A stretch of DNA of 64,000 bases. Source: Eledone cirrhosa (lineage: Eukaryota). Location: assembly GCA_964016885.1 (NCBI GenBank), contig OZ024743.1, positions 64,108,001-64,172,000 on the forward strand, given 5' to 3'. The translations under genes and the position numbers were made by a program. Numbering within the stretch: the first letter of the stretch is position 1; the number at the start of each line of letters is the position of its first letter. Below, in pieces: positions 11,655 to 23,226 of the stretch. A model generated the notes under the pieces. It saw only the letters and a program-made list of their open reading frames with translations, made no database searches and had not been told where the DNA came from.

Positions 11655-11662
<8 letters not shown>
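11285..11662. mobile_element. Palindromic (fold-back) mini-element, 185-bp arms, hammerhead in each arm; probable Penelope pLTR derivative
   Basis: 11285-11469 is the reverse complement of 11478-11662 with an 8-nt loop and only two mismatches found by eye. Abuts (TA)n on the right. Confidence 0.85.
11405..11443 (-). ncRNA. Minimal type I hammerhead ribozyme
   Basis: TGAAC-CTGAAGA-T-TGC-GAAA-GCA-T-GAAA-GTAC-TT^GTTCA: helix I 5 bp, GNRA-capped stem II, palindromic helix III. The plus-strand twin at 11504-11542 is mutated. Confidence 0.75.
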
Positions 11663-11708
<46 letters not shown>

Positions 11709-11880
11709 TATATATATATATATATAAACAGTCCTATATGAGTAAGACACGAGCACCTGACTCATCTTACCTCAAATATGCCAACCCGTCTAACCCATGC
11801 TAGCGGGGGAGGGATGTTAAACGATGGTGATGATGATGATATATATGTACGTACACACACACACACACATATATATATAC

Positions 11881-11916
<36 letters not shown>

Positions 11917-11997
11917 GTGTGTATAATGGTAGCTATGGTGCTTCCATAGGCGGTATGCCAAAATTAGCACTCAATATTCTTACAGAGCAGAGTGTGA

Positions 11998-12319
11998 ATA
12001 GTGTAAAAAAACGAAAAATTAGTGATGCATCTGGACTCAGTTTATTGCGTGTTACAATTGTTTCACCGGCAGGTAGCTCGAGACATGATCACTGTATGGA
12101 TCTGGCTGATTCTACGGCTGCAGGTTCCTTCGGACACATACAATTCTTTCGGAGAAAATTTGCTCCGAAAGAATTGCATGTGTCCGAAGGAACCTGCAGC
12201 CGTAGAATCAGCCAGATCCATACAGTGATCATGTCTCGAGCTACCTGCCGGTGAAACAATTGTAACACGCAATAAACTGAGTCCAGATGCATCACTCATT
12301 TTTCGTTTTTTTGTACTAT
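11998..12319. mobile_element. Palindromic mini-element (~160-bp arms) with a hammerhead-like motif in each arm
   Basis: Near-perfect inverted repeat centred at 12158/12159. Plus-strand motif 12174-12272: GTGT-CCGAAGGA-ACC.GCAG...CTGC.GGT-GAAA-CAATTG-TA^ACAC. The core is non-canonical. Confidence 0.8.
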
Positions 12320-12334
12320 ATATATATATATATA

Positions 12335-15300
12335 AGAGAGTATTGAAGTTTGCTTGAAGCATTGTGGAATAATAAGATATATTTTCTTTAGGATGTTTTG
12401 GAAGCCTCAACAATGCAGATGGGTAATTCTCCGGGTAACAAGATCCGGTGGTGAAGAGAGAGATGTAAGTGAATGTAGAATGAGATGTATAGTGTGTAGA
12501 AGAATGTAGGAAAGAGCGTAAAAAATAAAAATAATAAAACGAGATAGAGTTACCTTGGGATAGGTTTAATTGTCCCTATATTTCGGATTCACATTCATCA
12601 ACTGGGGGGGGGGGGGTATCTGTCGGATAGGAGCGATACGTGCCCTCCGCTGTTCGTTGTTTTGAATATCTGAAGTATTCAGCAGACCGCGCGCACGCGC
12701 TTGAAATGGGGTTGGTCAAGCAGAAGTCGGCGACCGAAATAGTTCTTTTAATTGTGGGAGTGGGGTGGCTTTAGCTGTCAATCCACTGTATTAGCAGTGT
12801 TGAATGGTGTATTCGTGTGGTGGTAGTAGTATTCCCTGCCTGTTTGGTGAATGCTACTGTGTGTGTGTGTGTGCGTGTGTTGATGTCTCGCTTGTGTGTG
12901 TGTGTGCGTGTGTTGTTGCCTCGTTTGTCTGTATTAGCAGTGTAGTATATTGGTATGGTGGAATGCTACTGTGTGTGTGTGTGCGTGTGTTGTTGTCTCG
13001 CTTGTGTGTGTGTGTGTGTGCGTGTGTTGTTGCCTCGTTTGTTTAAACCAACCACCTAATTTCGCTTCTCTCGGATCGGTTATTTATTTGTGGCCCTAGG
13101 CGTTTGATCCAACCCACTCCACCCCACCCCCTCACCCACCCACCAACCACGAACTCGACACTAAACTCATCAGGCTAAAACACTCCATCTCGGATATTCT
13201 ACACAAACACACACACACACACACACACACAACGCACAACCTCACCAAATCTCAACTCACCACTCTCTCCAACCTGAAATCGAAGAACCTCATCTACCTC
13301 CCCTCCGACAAGGGAAAAGAATTCTGCGTCATCAGCAGAGAGGCCTACAACACCCTGGCCCTCCAACACCATGACGATAACAACCTCTACTCCAAGGTCA
13401 CGGGAATCACTCCTGCGCAGATAGAGGAGCACAACAACGCCGCCTGGACCAACATCTGCGACCGGCGGAAGCTCCCGATGAAGCTGAGATACAACCTCCT
13501 CACGAGGAACAGCAGACTACCCGCCTTCTACCACCTTGTGAAAACACACAAACAGGGACCCGACCTGAAGATCAGACCCATTGTATCGAACGTGGAAGGA
13601 CAGCTCTACAAAATTTCATGGCTCCTAGCCAGAATACTCAAACCCATCCTAGACACCTTGCCGGGACACGTTAACAGCTCCGAGGATGTGTTGGAGCGCT
13701 TGCATCAAATGGATCCCGACACCAGAAAGGCTAACAGATATGCCTTCAATCTTGATGTAGTCGCTCTTTACACCTCGGTACCGACACTCCCGGCCGTTGA
13801 TATACTGATGGAACGCGTCCAATCTACCGACCTACACTGCTTCGGGCTCACCACCACTGACATCCACCAACTCCTATCCATCGTCGTTGACAACACATAC
13901 TTCGGATTTCTCGACCAAACATACCAGCAAACCTCGGGACCCTGTCGGGTGTGCTAGCGATCTCATACATGGACAGCCTCGACCGCAAGGCACTCAACAC
14001 CTGCCACCCCAACGCCGTCGCCTTCTTCTCAAGGTACGTGGACGATATCCTCATCCTCACATCTTCCCAACAGATGGCGAACAGAATCTATGGGACGTTC
14101 AACAACACGGACGAGAACATTGATTTCAGTGTTGAACACCCCAGCGACGACGGGTCACTTGCCCTCCTCGACTTCCGAATCAACATCACGAACAGGGAGG
14201 GATCCACTACAACTTCTACCGAAAGGCAGCCTGCAGGGACCTGTTTGTCCACTACAAGTTCGCCCTCCCTAACAGTGCTAAAAGACGGTACATCACGAAC
14301 GAGATCACGCGAATTGAAAACAGATGCAGCGATCCCGCGAGGGGTGTGACCCATACCAAGCGATTCCTCAAAGTGCTGGAGACGAACGGGTACCCTGCCT
14401 CACTCACAAAGAGAATAAGAGACACCAGACGCAAGAGGCAGAGAAACACCCAAGGCAAGTGCTTCCTTAAAATACCACACCTGGGCGAGAATACCACCAA
14501 CGCTATCCGCAGGGCTATATGGAGGGAGGGCCTCGATATGCACCTGGCCCACTCGGGCCTCTCTCTGAGAAGATGCCTCTCCAGGAAACCCGAGAAATCG
14601 ACTGACGCGTGCTCCCTCAGAAACTGCCCGATGCGCCATACGAACTATTGCTAACGAACATACGTCGTGTATAAGATAGAATGTAACAAGTGCAGCCACT
14701 ACTATATAGGTAGCACAATCCGGCCGCTACACATCCGGAGCAAGGAGCACTTCAACACCAGTGCCTCGTCTTTCCGGAAACACATAACCAAATGCGGAAA
14801 CAAAGACGGAAGGCCCATTGTCACAATGCTAGCGACGGAACGAAATGTCGGCACATTACCAATCAAGGAAGCAATTTGGATCAAACGCCTAGGGCCACAA
14901 ATAAATAACCGATCCGAGAGAAGCGAAATGAGGTGGTTGGTTTAAACAAACGAGGCAACAACACACACACACACACACACACACAAGCGAGACAACAACA
15001 CACGCACACACACACAGTAGCATTCACCAAACAGGTAGGGAATACTACCACCACCACACGAATACACTATTCAACACTGCTAATACAGAAACCAGCACGG
15101 GCAGATAATACAATGGATTGACAGCTAACGCCACCCCACTCCCACAATTAAAAGAACTATTTCGGTCGCCGACTTCTGCTTGACCGACCCCATTTCACGC
15201 GCGCGCGCGCTCTGCTGTATACCTCAGATATTCAAAGCAACGAACAGTGGAGGACACGCATCGCTCCTATCTGACAGATAACTCCCCCCTCCCCCCCCGG

Positions 15301-15540
15301 AAAAAACCCCAGTTGATGAATGTGAATCCGAAATATAGGGACAATTAAATCTCTCTCAAGGTAACTCTATCTCGTGTTATTATTTTTTATTTTTTACGCT
15401 CTTTCCTACGTTCTTCTACACACTATACATCTCATTCTACATTCACTTACATCTCTCTCTTCACCACCGGATCTTGTTACCCGGAGAATTACCCATCTGC
15501 ATTGTTGAGGCTTCCAAAACGACCTAAAGAAAATATATCC
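12335..15540 (+). mobile_element. Penelope-like element (RT + GIY-YIG) with inverted pLTR at its 5' end, frameshifted
   Basis: PSDKG, KTHK..IRPIVS, DVVALYTSVP, RYVDDI, LALLD, GYP, VYKIECNKCSHYYIGST, KEAIWI..PQIN across ORFs 13478-14945. 12377-13112 is an inverted copy of 14876-15539. (TA)n on both flanks. Confidence 0.9.
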
Positions 15541-15553
15541 TATATATATATAC

Positions 15554-15622
<69 letters not shown>

Positions 15623-15897
15623 CATATATATATGTATACATGTGTGTATATATATATATATATGTGTGTGTGTGTGCATGCGTGTGTGTATATAAATAGG
15701 GAGACACAAAGCAGGCTTTGTTTACAAACAGCTAGCTAATTTAAAAATTAGATAGTAACATGTGCTTACGTCGTATTTGACTAAATAGAATTAGTCTGTT
15801 AGTTGGGATTTTTAAAAAACCCTCTGAATGGAAAAAAAGATGAGTATTGACGTATATGAGACATGATCCACACTTTGGTTTGCCGGTAACACATTGA

Positions 15898-16335
15898 TCC
15901 GGCTGGAGAAAATTCAGAGAGCTACTACTGTTACTAACTACAAAAGGTTTTTCTCTCAAAATGAAAGGCAGACTGTATGAAGCATGTATACGAACAACAA
16001 TGTTGCACAACAGCGAGACCTGGGCACTGTGTGCAGAGGACCTGCGAAAATTGGAAAGAAATGAAGCCTTCATGCTTCGTTGGATGTGCAATAGCAATAT
16101 ACGTGAACAGCAAAGTATAAATACACTGCGTGAGACATTAAGCTTAAAAGGATCAGTTGTTGCATGCAGAAGAGGAGATTGCGTTGGTATGAACATGTAA
16201 CGCATATGAAAGATGACACTAGCCGTGGTGTGGGCAGATCTAGAAAGACTTGGGTTGAGGTAATAAAAGCTGACCTTGCACAATTACACCTCTCAAAGGC
16301 AATGACTCAGGGCCGCAACCTATGGTGCTATGCAG
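15898..16335 (+). mobile_element. RTE LINE fragment (diverged)
   Basis: GWRKFRELL..MKGRLYEACIRTTMLHNSETW..RRLRWYEHV..GRSRKTW. Confidence 0.8.
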
Positions 16336-16429
16336 TTTTACAGAAGACCCGCCCTCTATTATTTTCAGGATGTGGCTTTTACCTAGTAGGCAACACCTTC
16401 CTCAACCTTCTATCCCCTCTCATTCACCT

Positions 16430-17340
16430 CCCTTAGTAGTAACCATACCTCCCCTTCTACTCTGTCCACATTTTCCCCCAAGCTCCTCCACCCTTACTTG
16501 AAGATGGAATATCACTTTTTGTGTATAAAGAATTCTTCTTTGTAGTTTCGGAAATGTTCGTTGTCCGACCATATCTTAAAGAAGTGGAAAATTGTGAAAT
16601 TTCCCTTTCCGCATGTTGCGAAGTGTTCACTGCATGTGGTGTTTCTGACAGAGGGATCCCTAATTTGTTGTTTATGTACTCGAACTCTGTCATGTAGATC
16701 TGTTCCGGTTTCACCAATGTAGTATTCTTTACATTGTGGGCAGGTTGCACAGTAAATCAAGTTTTTGGTTTTGCAATTCATGTTTGCATTAACTGTGAAA
16801 GACTGGTTGTTTTTAAAGGAGATTTGTCCACCCTCTTCAATGTGTTCGCAAGTTCCGCATCGAGGGTCCCCCGCATTTCTTAACTTGCATTGCTTCATTA
16901 TTAGACATAAATTTTGCCTTGGTAAGCAGTTTCTTTAGGTTGGGTGCTTGGCATCTACTATATATAATTTGTGCGTCTTTTATGAGTGCATTCATTTTAG
17001 GGGACTGCTGGAGAATTGGGAGATATTGTTTGGCGGCTTTCACAATGTTGAAGTTCCTTGGATTGTGAGTGATGACAAAAGGGATAACTGTTTTTTCCAT
17101 TCTATTTTGTTGCTTTGTTTTTCTCAATTTTTCCATTCTTTAAGATATGGTCGGACAACGAACATTTCCAAAAATATAAAGAAGAATTCTTTATTAGAAA
17201 ATACAAACCACTACTGAACACAAAAAAGTGATATTCCATCTTCAAGTAATGGGATTCTCCCCCGCTCTTTTCTTTTCTCATATTGAAAAAAAGAAAAATA
17301 GTTGATGACACCCGTACTTTCAAACATTCGATCGCTGAAG
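16430..17340 (-). mobile_element. Penelope-like element 3' fragment (GIY-YIG) with inverted copy of its 3' end
   Basis: PFVITHNP..KCGGP(RCGTC)..NLIYCATCPQCKEYYIGETG. 17132-17250 (+) is an inverted copy of 16495-16590. Confidence 0.82.
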
Positions 17341-17429
17341 AGAAAAAAACCCCTCAGAGGTACAATAACATTTCATTAATTTCCCCTTCCCCACACCAAT
17401 GTATATATGAACTTAAACACTTGAGTAGA

Positions 17430-17570
17430 TGTGTGTACATATATGTATGTATAGATGTGTTTTTTTTATATATGTGTCTGTAGGTATGGATATGTGTGTA
17501 CATGTTTATATGTATGTGTGCATATGTGTGTGTGTATATATGTGTATGTATGCACGTGCTATGTGTGAGG

Positions 17571-17617
<47 letters not shown>

Positions 17618-17930
17618 ATATATATATATGTGTATGTATATATATGTATATATATATATGTGTGTGTATATATGTGTGTGTGTGTATATATATGTATGTA
17701 TATATATGTATATGTGTGTGTATGCTTGTGTGTATACATATGTATGTACATGTATGTGTGGGAGTATGCATGTGTGTGTATATATATATATGTATATATA
17801 TATATATGTAGGTGTATATGTGTGTGCGTATGTGTATATATGTGTATGTGTGTGTATGTATATGTATGTGTATATATATGTGTGTGTATATATATATATA
17901 TATGTGTGTGTGTATGTATGTAATATATAT
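17430..17930. repeat. Compound (TA)n/(TG)n microsatellite
   Basis: Direct inspection. Similar tracts at 10400-10710, 38180-38720, 43960-44165, 45716-46230, 48120-48260, 50225-51050, 55000-55560, 58140-59150 and 61230-61420. Confidence 0.95.
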
Positions 17931-19280
17931 GGACTGTAACTATATTTACATACAGGGAAGTGATTATGTGAGCTAGCATGTCCCCCCACACTTCCTCTCC
18001 CAAACCAATATCAACAACACATTTTTGACAAATGTTCCCAAACTATCCTACTTTTCTCTTTTTATTGTCATCCCATTCTTATCAAAAGACATGTATCTTA
18101 CACCTCATTAAAACCCAGACACGCACCTAAATTATCTTGCAACCTCACCATTCTCTGAGTGTATATATATATGTGTGTGTGTATGTGTGCGTAGGTGTGT
18201 GTGTGTATGCTTTAATTCCTCCAAATCTTCATCAACGCTCATTAACACCACACCCCATATACATCCAAATCCCTCTTATATAGAGTCACACATCTCAACA
18301 CAACCTGATCTCAGTTTGACAATCGCCACTGATGAATGCGAGAAAGTTCTCCAACAAAGTTAACCAGGAATCTTTAAAATTCTTCCCACCGAAGTTAACA
18401 AAGAACTTACTGGATCTACCAACTCATAATATTATATTATAAAATTAAATCAAATTATTTAACACTACAAGTGAAGTCATTCTTTTCCTTTTTTTCAAAT
18501 ATATATATATATATTATATATATATATATATTATATATATATATATTATATATATATATATATTATATATATATATATTATATATATATATATATTATAT
18601 ATATATATATTATATATATATATATATTATATATATATATATTATATATATATATATATTATATATATACAATATAGAGAGAAGAAAACACAAAATAGTA
18701 TGTTTTCAATTGCAGGGATAGAAGGCCACTAAAGTGAAAAACATAAAAACTACCAAAGGTATAGGAAATACATCATAATTAAAGAGATAAATTAAAATGC
18801 ACAAACCCACCTTTATAACTTTAAAACACCTGTACAGACTAAAAAAAATGTTTCGCCATAAAGAGTATAAGAATCATATCCACTCAAGGTTCATAGGCAG
18901 GTGTAAAGAAGATATGTTCCACACTTCTAAATAGACATTAGATATCTAACAAACATGTCACAAGTGGCGAGAGAAACATGTACTACTGTCTCGTGGTTCT
19001 CCCTCTCTATCAATATGTTTTTCTTCTGTTTATTTTCTTTTTCTGTCGTTCTCTTCGCTATCGTCTCTTTTTTTGTTGTTTCCTTCCCTAATAACTATAC
19101 CTCGTAGTTATTAACATACTGTGGTGAGATGCCTTGTCTTTACTGCATCAAAACATCAGGCGACCCACAGCAGAGAGCCAAAGAGCGGGAATTGTCCCGA
19201 TGTTTGTGATTCTCTTACATTTTCTAAACAATATTTATTAGTAACCACACAGCAATTTTGTCACTTTTAATTCATATATA

Positions 19281-19359
<79 letters not shown>

Positions 19360-19869
19360 GATGGAGAGAGGAAGGAGAAAGAGAGAGATATAAAATCCCA
19401 AAGCGGTTGCATACTAATCCTTTGACATGTTCTCATCAGACAGGTGTAAATTGTAATATTTTGTTTTTGATGTGCAATTGCAGTTAGGAGCGTGGTGGTA
19501 GCAGTCCACTCCATTAGACATATGACGTACATGGTTATTTATGTAGGCAGGCAGAATGCAGGAAATATCACTATTACTAAAATTGTTGGGATGGTCAGTA
19601 GACTAAGGTATCAAATTAGCAAGCGGGTCAGTCACTCTGGTTCGAATAATTTACTTATCTAGTTAGTTATTTTATCTTCTGGCATCCTATTTATATTCTA
19701 GGGCTTGACAGTAGTAAAAAAAGAGAGGCTTGTACAATAATTGTTTCTACTTTAGGCACAAGGCCAGCAATTACCCAGTGCATTACTGGTACTGTGTGTG
19801 ACAGCTCTATGCAGGTTTAGCTGACCTCCTCCAAGGTATATCTTGTTGGAGGTGTTTCGGGTAATTTAA

Positions 19870-20038
19870 TGATAGGGACCCCAGTCCTATCATCTCATTT
19901 CTACAGCTGAGTAAACTGGAGCAATGTGAAATAAAGTGTCTTGCTCAAGGAAACAACACATCACCCGGTCTGAGAATTGAACTCACAACCTTTTGATTGC
20001 AAGCCCAATGTTCTAACCACTAAGCTATGCGCCTTCAC
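19870..20038 (-). mobile_element. tRNA/CORE-like SINE, 5' part
   Basis: Reverse complement of the 8899-9060 head and core. Confidence 0.85.
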
Positions 20039-21104
20039 ATAATGATGTGCTGAAAGGTTTTTAGGTTTAGTATGTTAAAGTGTGGATGGAGGTTAATGTC
20101 TAAGGAATATGTGAACTATATAGTCTAAGGATAGTTTTTGATATTTTATGCCTACAGGTATTTGTTAATTACCTGGCATCTCCTACTAATAATGTGTAAA
20201 GTTTCTGTGGTGCAAAGATCACAATCACATGAAAGAGATCTATTTACATATGCAACCACTTTGACATCTTTGAAATACATATAACAGGATTATATAATAA
20301 ATATAGGATGTACATTTAAAACTGTCTCTCTTATAATGTTGACACTCCATCTGATACCTTATTGATAATACTTTAAGGAACACAAATTGTAGAGTGCTTT
20401 ACATCTATTTACAACTACAGTCAGTAGAGTATTTGATCAACCATTTCTTTACTTGAATATATATGTATGATGACCATATTTCTCTTTAAATAAGCTCAAT
20501 GGACCTTAGTTCAGAGCATCAATAATTCAAATTTTAAAGATATATTTAGAGAGAGAGAAAGAGTCATATATCATTTGAAAAACAGTATTGTGTACACATA
20601 TATAATACAAATAATATTCAAGTAAAAATACATACTTAAAGTGGAAAAAGCTATATTTTCCTTACTGTTTCATAGTCCAAACAACGTAGGCTAAAAGAAA
20701 ATCGATCTAAGCAATCGATTATCGATTACCAACTATCGATTCTGGTAAAGCCAATCAAAGACAAGGAACTAATCAGCATAGGAAATTGTCTTTACATGTC
20801 CCACACTGTACAAAATACCTCTTTCTCTATTGAGAGGAGAGAGTCTGTCTGAGCTTCAACTCTACATGGTGTCAAAAACTGTTTAATGATGAGAGTAGAT
20901 ATAAATAGGACTGGAGGTCTTATCTGCTAGAAAGAGCAGCGAAATATCAGTCACAACTGAATCAACTCAACAAATTAATAAATCTTTAAATAAGCTCAAA
21001 GAGAAACATGGTCATTATATATATCAAATATGTTTTGTATATAGCTGTTCCAAACTGAGCAGGTCACAGGATCTCAGTAACCATGTGAGAATGCCTACAA
21101 CTAG

Positions 21105-21650
21105 TATAAGTATACGAATAGGATGGAAAACGTTCAGGGAGCTATTACATTTGTTAACAACAAAATGTTACTCTCTACAAAAGAAAGGTTGGTTGTATGA
21201 TGCCTGTGTGTGAAGTACAATGTTGAATGGTAGTGAGACATGGGCTGTGAATACAGAGGATATGTGTAGGCTGGAGAGAAATAAAGCAAGCATACTTTGA
21301 TGGATGTGCAATGTTAATGTAAGTGAATAATGAATCATGGAAAAGCTGAAAGAAAAACTGGGTATAAGAGGAATCAGATGTAGTGTTCAGGAAAGAATAC
21401 TGTGCTGGTATGGACATGTGGTATGTATAAGTGATGAATGCTGAACAAAGAAGTGTTAAGAAATTGCAGTGTAAGGAAATTGTAGTGGTGGAAGACCAAG
21501 AGAGACTTAGGGAGGTGTGGTGAGAGCTGATCTCATATCACTGAAGCTCACACAGATGACGAAGGAACATGAATGGAGGAATTTTGTGCTGACAAGGACT
21601 CATTCAACCCATGCAAGCATGGAAAAGCTGGTGTAATATGATGATGATGA
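21105..21650 (+). mobile_element. Degenerate RTE LINE 3' fragment
   Basis: Homology to the GWKKFRELL..LYDACV..GSETW..RLERN..WYGHV segment with many stops, ending in an (ATG)n tail. Confidence 0.75.
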
Positions 21651-21724
21651 GTTAGTAACTGGTATATATATATAATATTGTTAGTAATTAGCATGTATAT
21701 ATACATACATATATACATATATTG

Positions 21725-23074
21725 TATAAAAAGGTACAGAGAGCTCAAAGTTGATGAAAGCTATGGAGTAGGAATACCTAGGAAGACTTGGGATGAGGTG
21801 ATAAAAGCTGACCTTGCACAATTGCACCTCTCAAAGGTGATGACACATGATCGAGATCACTGGCATTATGCAGTACTGAAGAAGACCCACCTTCCCATGT
21901 GCACAGGTTGAAACAAACATCTTCTAGTGGTCTCTAGTATGTAACACTTCTCTCCCCCAACGTCCTAACACTCCACCCCACCCTGACTTTCCCCATCTGA
22001 TGCACCTCTCTTGACCAACCTATGCATACAAGCATGGAAAGCTGAGCATGCTTTCCCACAATGCTGCTGAAATGGCTAAAAAGCTCTCAGTTCACCCTGT
22101 AAAGTGGTCATGCTGGTGACAACAAAAGCCTTTAGTCCACCATGTAAGATACTCATGTTGGGGTCATGATAGAAGAGTACCTAGTCCTTCCAGCTACAAT
22201 GACAAAAGATCACTTAGCCCTTCCTATAGGGTGACAATAACAAAAAACCACTTAGTCCTCCCTGGAAAGTAACAATGACAAAAGAGCCCCTAGCCCTCCC
22301 TATAGGGTGACATTAACAAAAAAAACACCTAGTCCTCCCTGGAAGGTGACAATGGCAAAAGAGCACTTAGCTCCCTATAGGGTGACAATAACAAAAAATC
22401 ACCTAGTCCTCCCTATAGGGTGACAATAACAAAAAACCACCTAGTCCTCGCTGGAAGGTGACAATGACAAAAGAGCATCTAGCCCTCTCTCCAAGATTGT
22501 TGTGATGGTGACATGACAAATAAACACCCAGTCCACCCTGTAATGTGGTCATAATGGTGGCCTGACATGAGGCTCCCAGCCAGGCTCTGTAAAATGATTA
22601 TATTGGTGACATGAAAGAAGATGCCTGGTCTGCCCTGTGGAGGGGTCAAATTGGTGAATAAAAAGAACACGCTTTGTGCCCTATAAGGTGGTCATGTTAG
22701 TGACATGACAAAAAGCACATTGTCCACGCTGTAGAGGAGTCATTTTGATACCAGTTCCTAGTCAACACTGTAAAGTGGTCATGATGGAGATACAACCAAA
22801 AGCACCCAGTCCATACTGTAAGGTGGTCGTATTGATGACACAACAAAAAGCACCCAGTCTACTCTGCAAAGTAGTTGTGTTGGTACCATAATTAAAAGCT
22901 CCTAGTCCACACTATAAATGTGGTTGGTATTAGGAAGGGCATCCAGCCATAGAAACCAAGCGAGAAACAGTTTTGTATGAGCAAGTCATGATCATTTGAT
23001 CTGACTTGTCTCATAACAGGACAACTTGTCAAGCCCTTGCTAGTGTAGAAAAATGGACATTAAACGGTGACGAA

Positions 23075-23110
<36 letters not shown>
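21725..23110 (+). mobile_element. RTE 3' end with an expanded 3' UTR minisatellite
   Basis: GVGIPRKTWDEVIKADL..., then many diverged 37-50-bp units (AAAAGCACCYAGTCCWC.CTGTAA.GTG..GGTGACA) at 22075-22920, then AGGAAGGGCATCCAGC and a (GAT)n tail. Confidence 0.75.
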
Positions 23111-23226
23111 ATAGTAACTAGTGTATATGTTGGAACTGGCATATATATAGTATGGTTAGTAACTAGTATATTCTACCTGTATACTTATATATCTATCTAT
23201 TTATCTATCTATCAATCTATCTATCT

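Noticed and set aside
12022-12295. Identical ORFs on both strands
   Set aside because: A trivial consequence of the palindrome.
13478-14945. Possible selenocysteine-recoded PLE (Naiad-type)
   Set aside because: The interruptions I traced are frameshifts and a TAA, not in-frame TGA at Cys positions.
15305-15342. CCCAG-TTGATGA-ATGTGAATCC-GAAA-TATA-GGG in the PLE pLTR (twin at about 12570-12607)
   Set aside because: The position fits a pLTR hammerhead, but the core is U3/G8, stem II does not pair and helix I is offset. Not called as a ribozyme.
22075-22920. Regularly spaced repeats resembling a CRISPR array (also 27010-27480, 56460-57160, 63505-64000)
   Set aside because: Units are contiguous tandem copies without unique spacers, there are no cas genes, and the context is eukaryotic.
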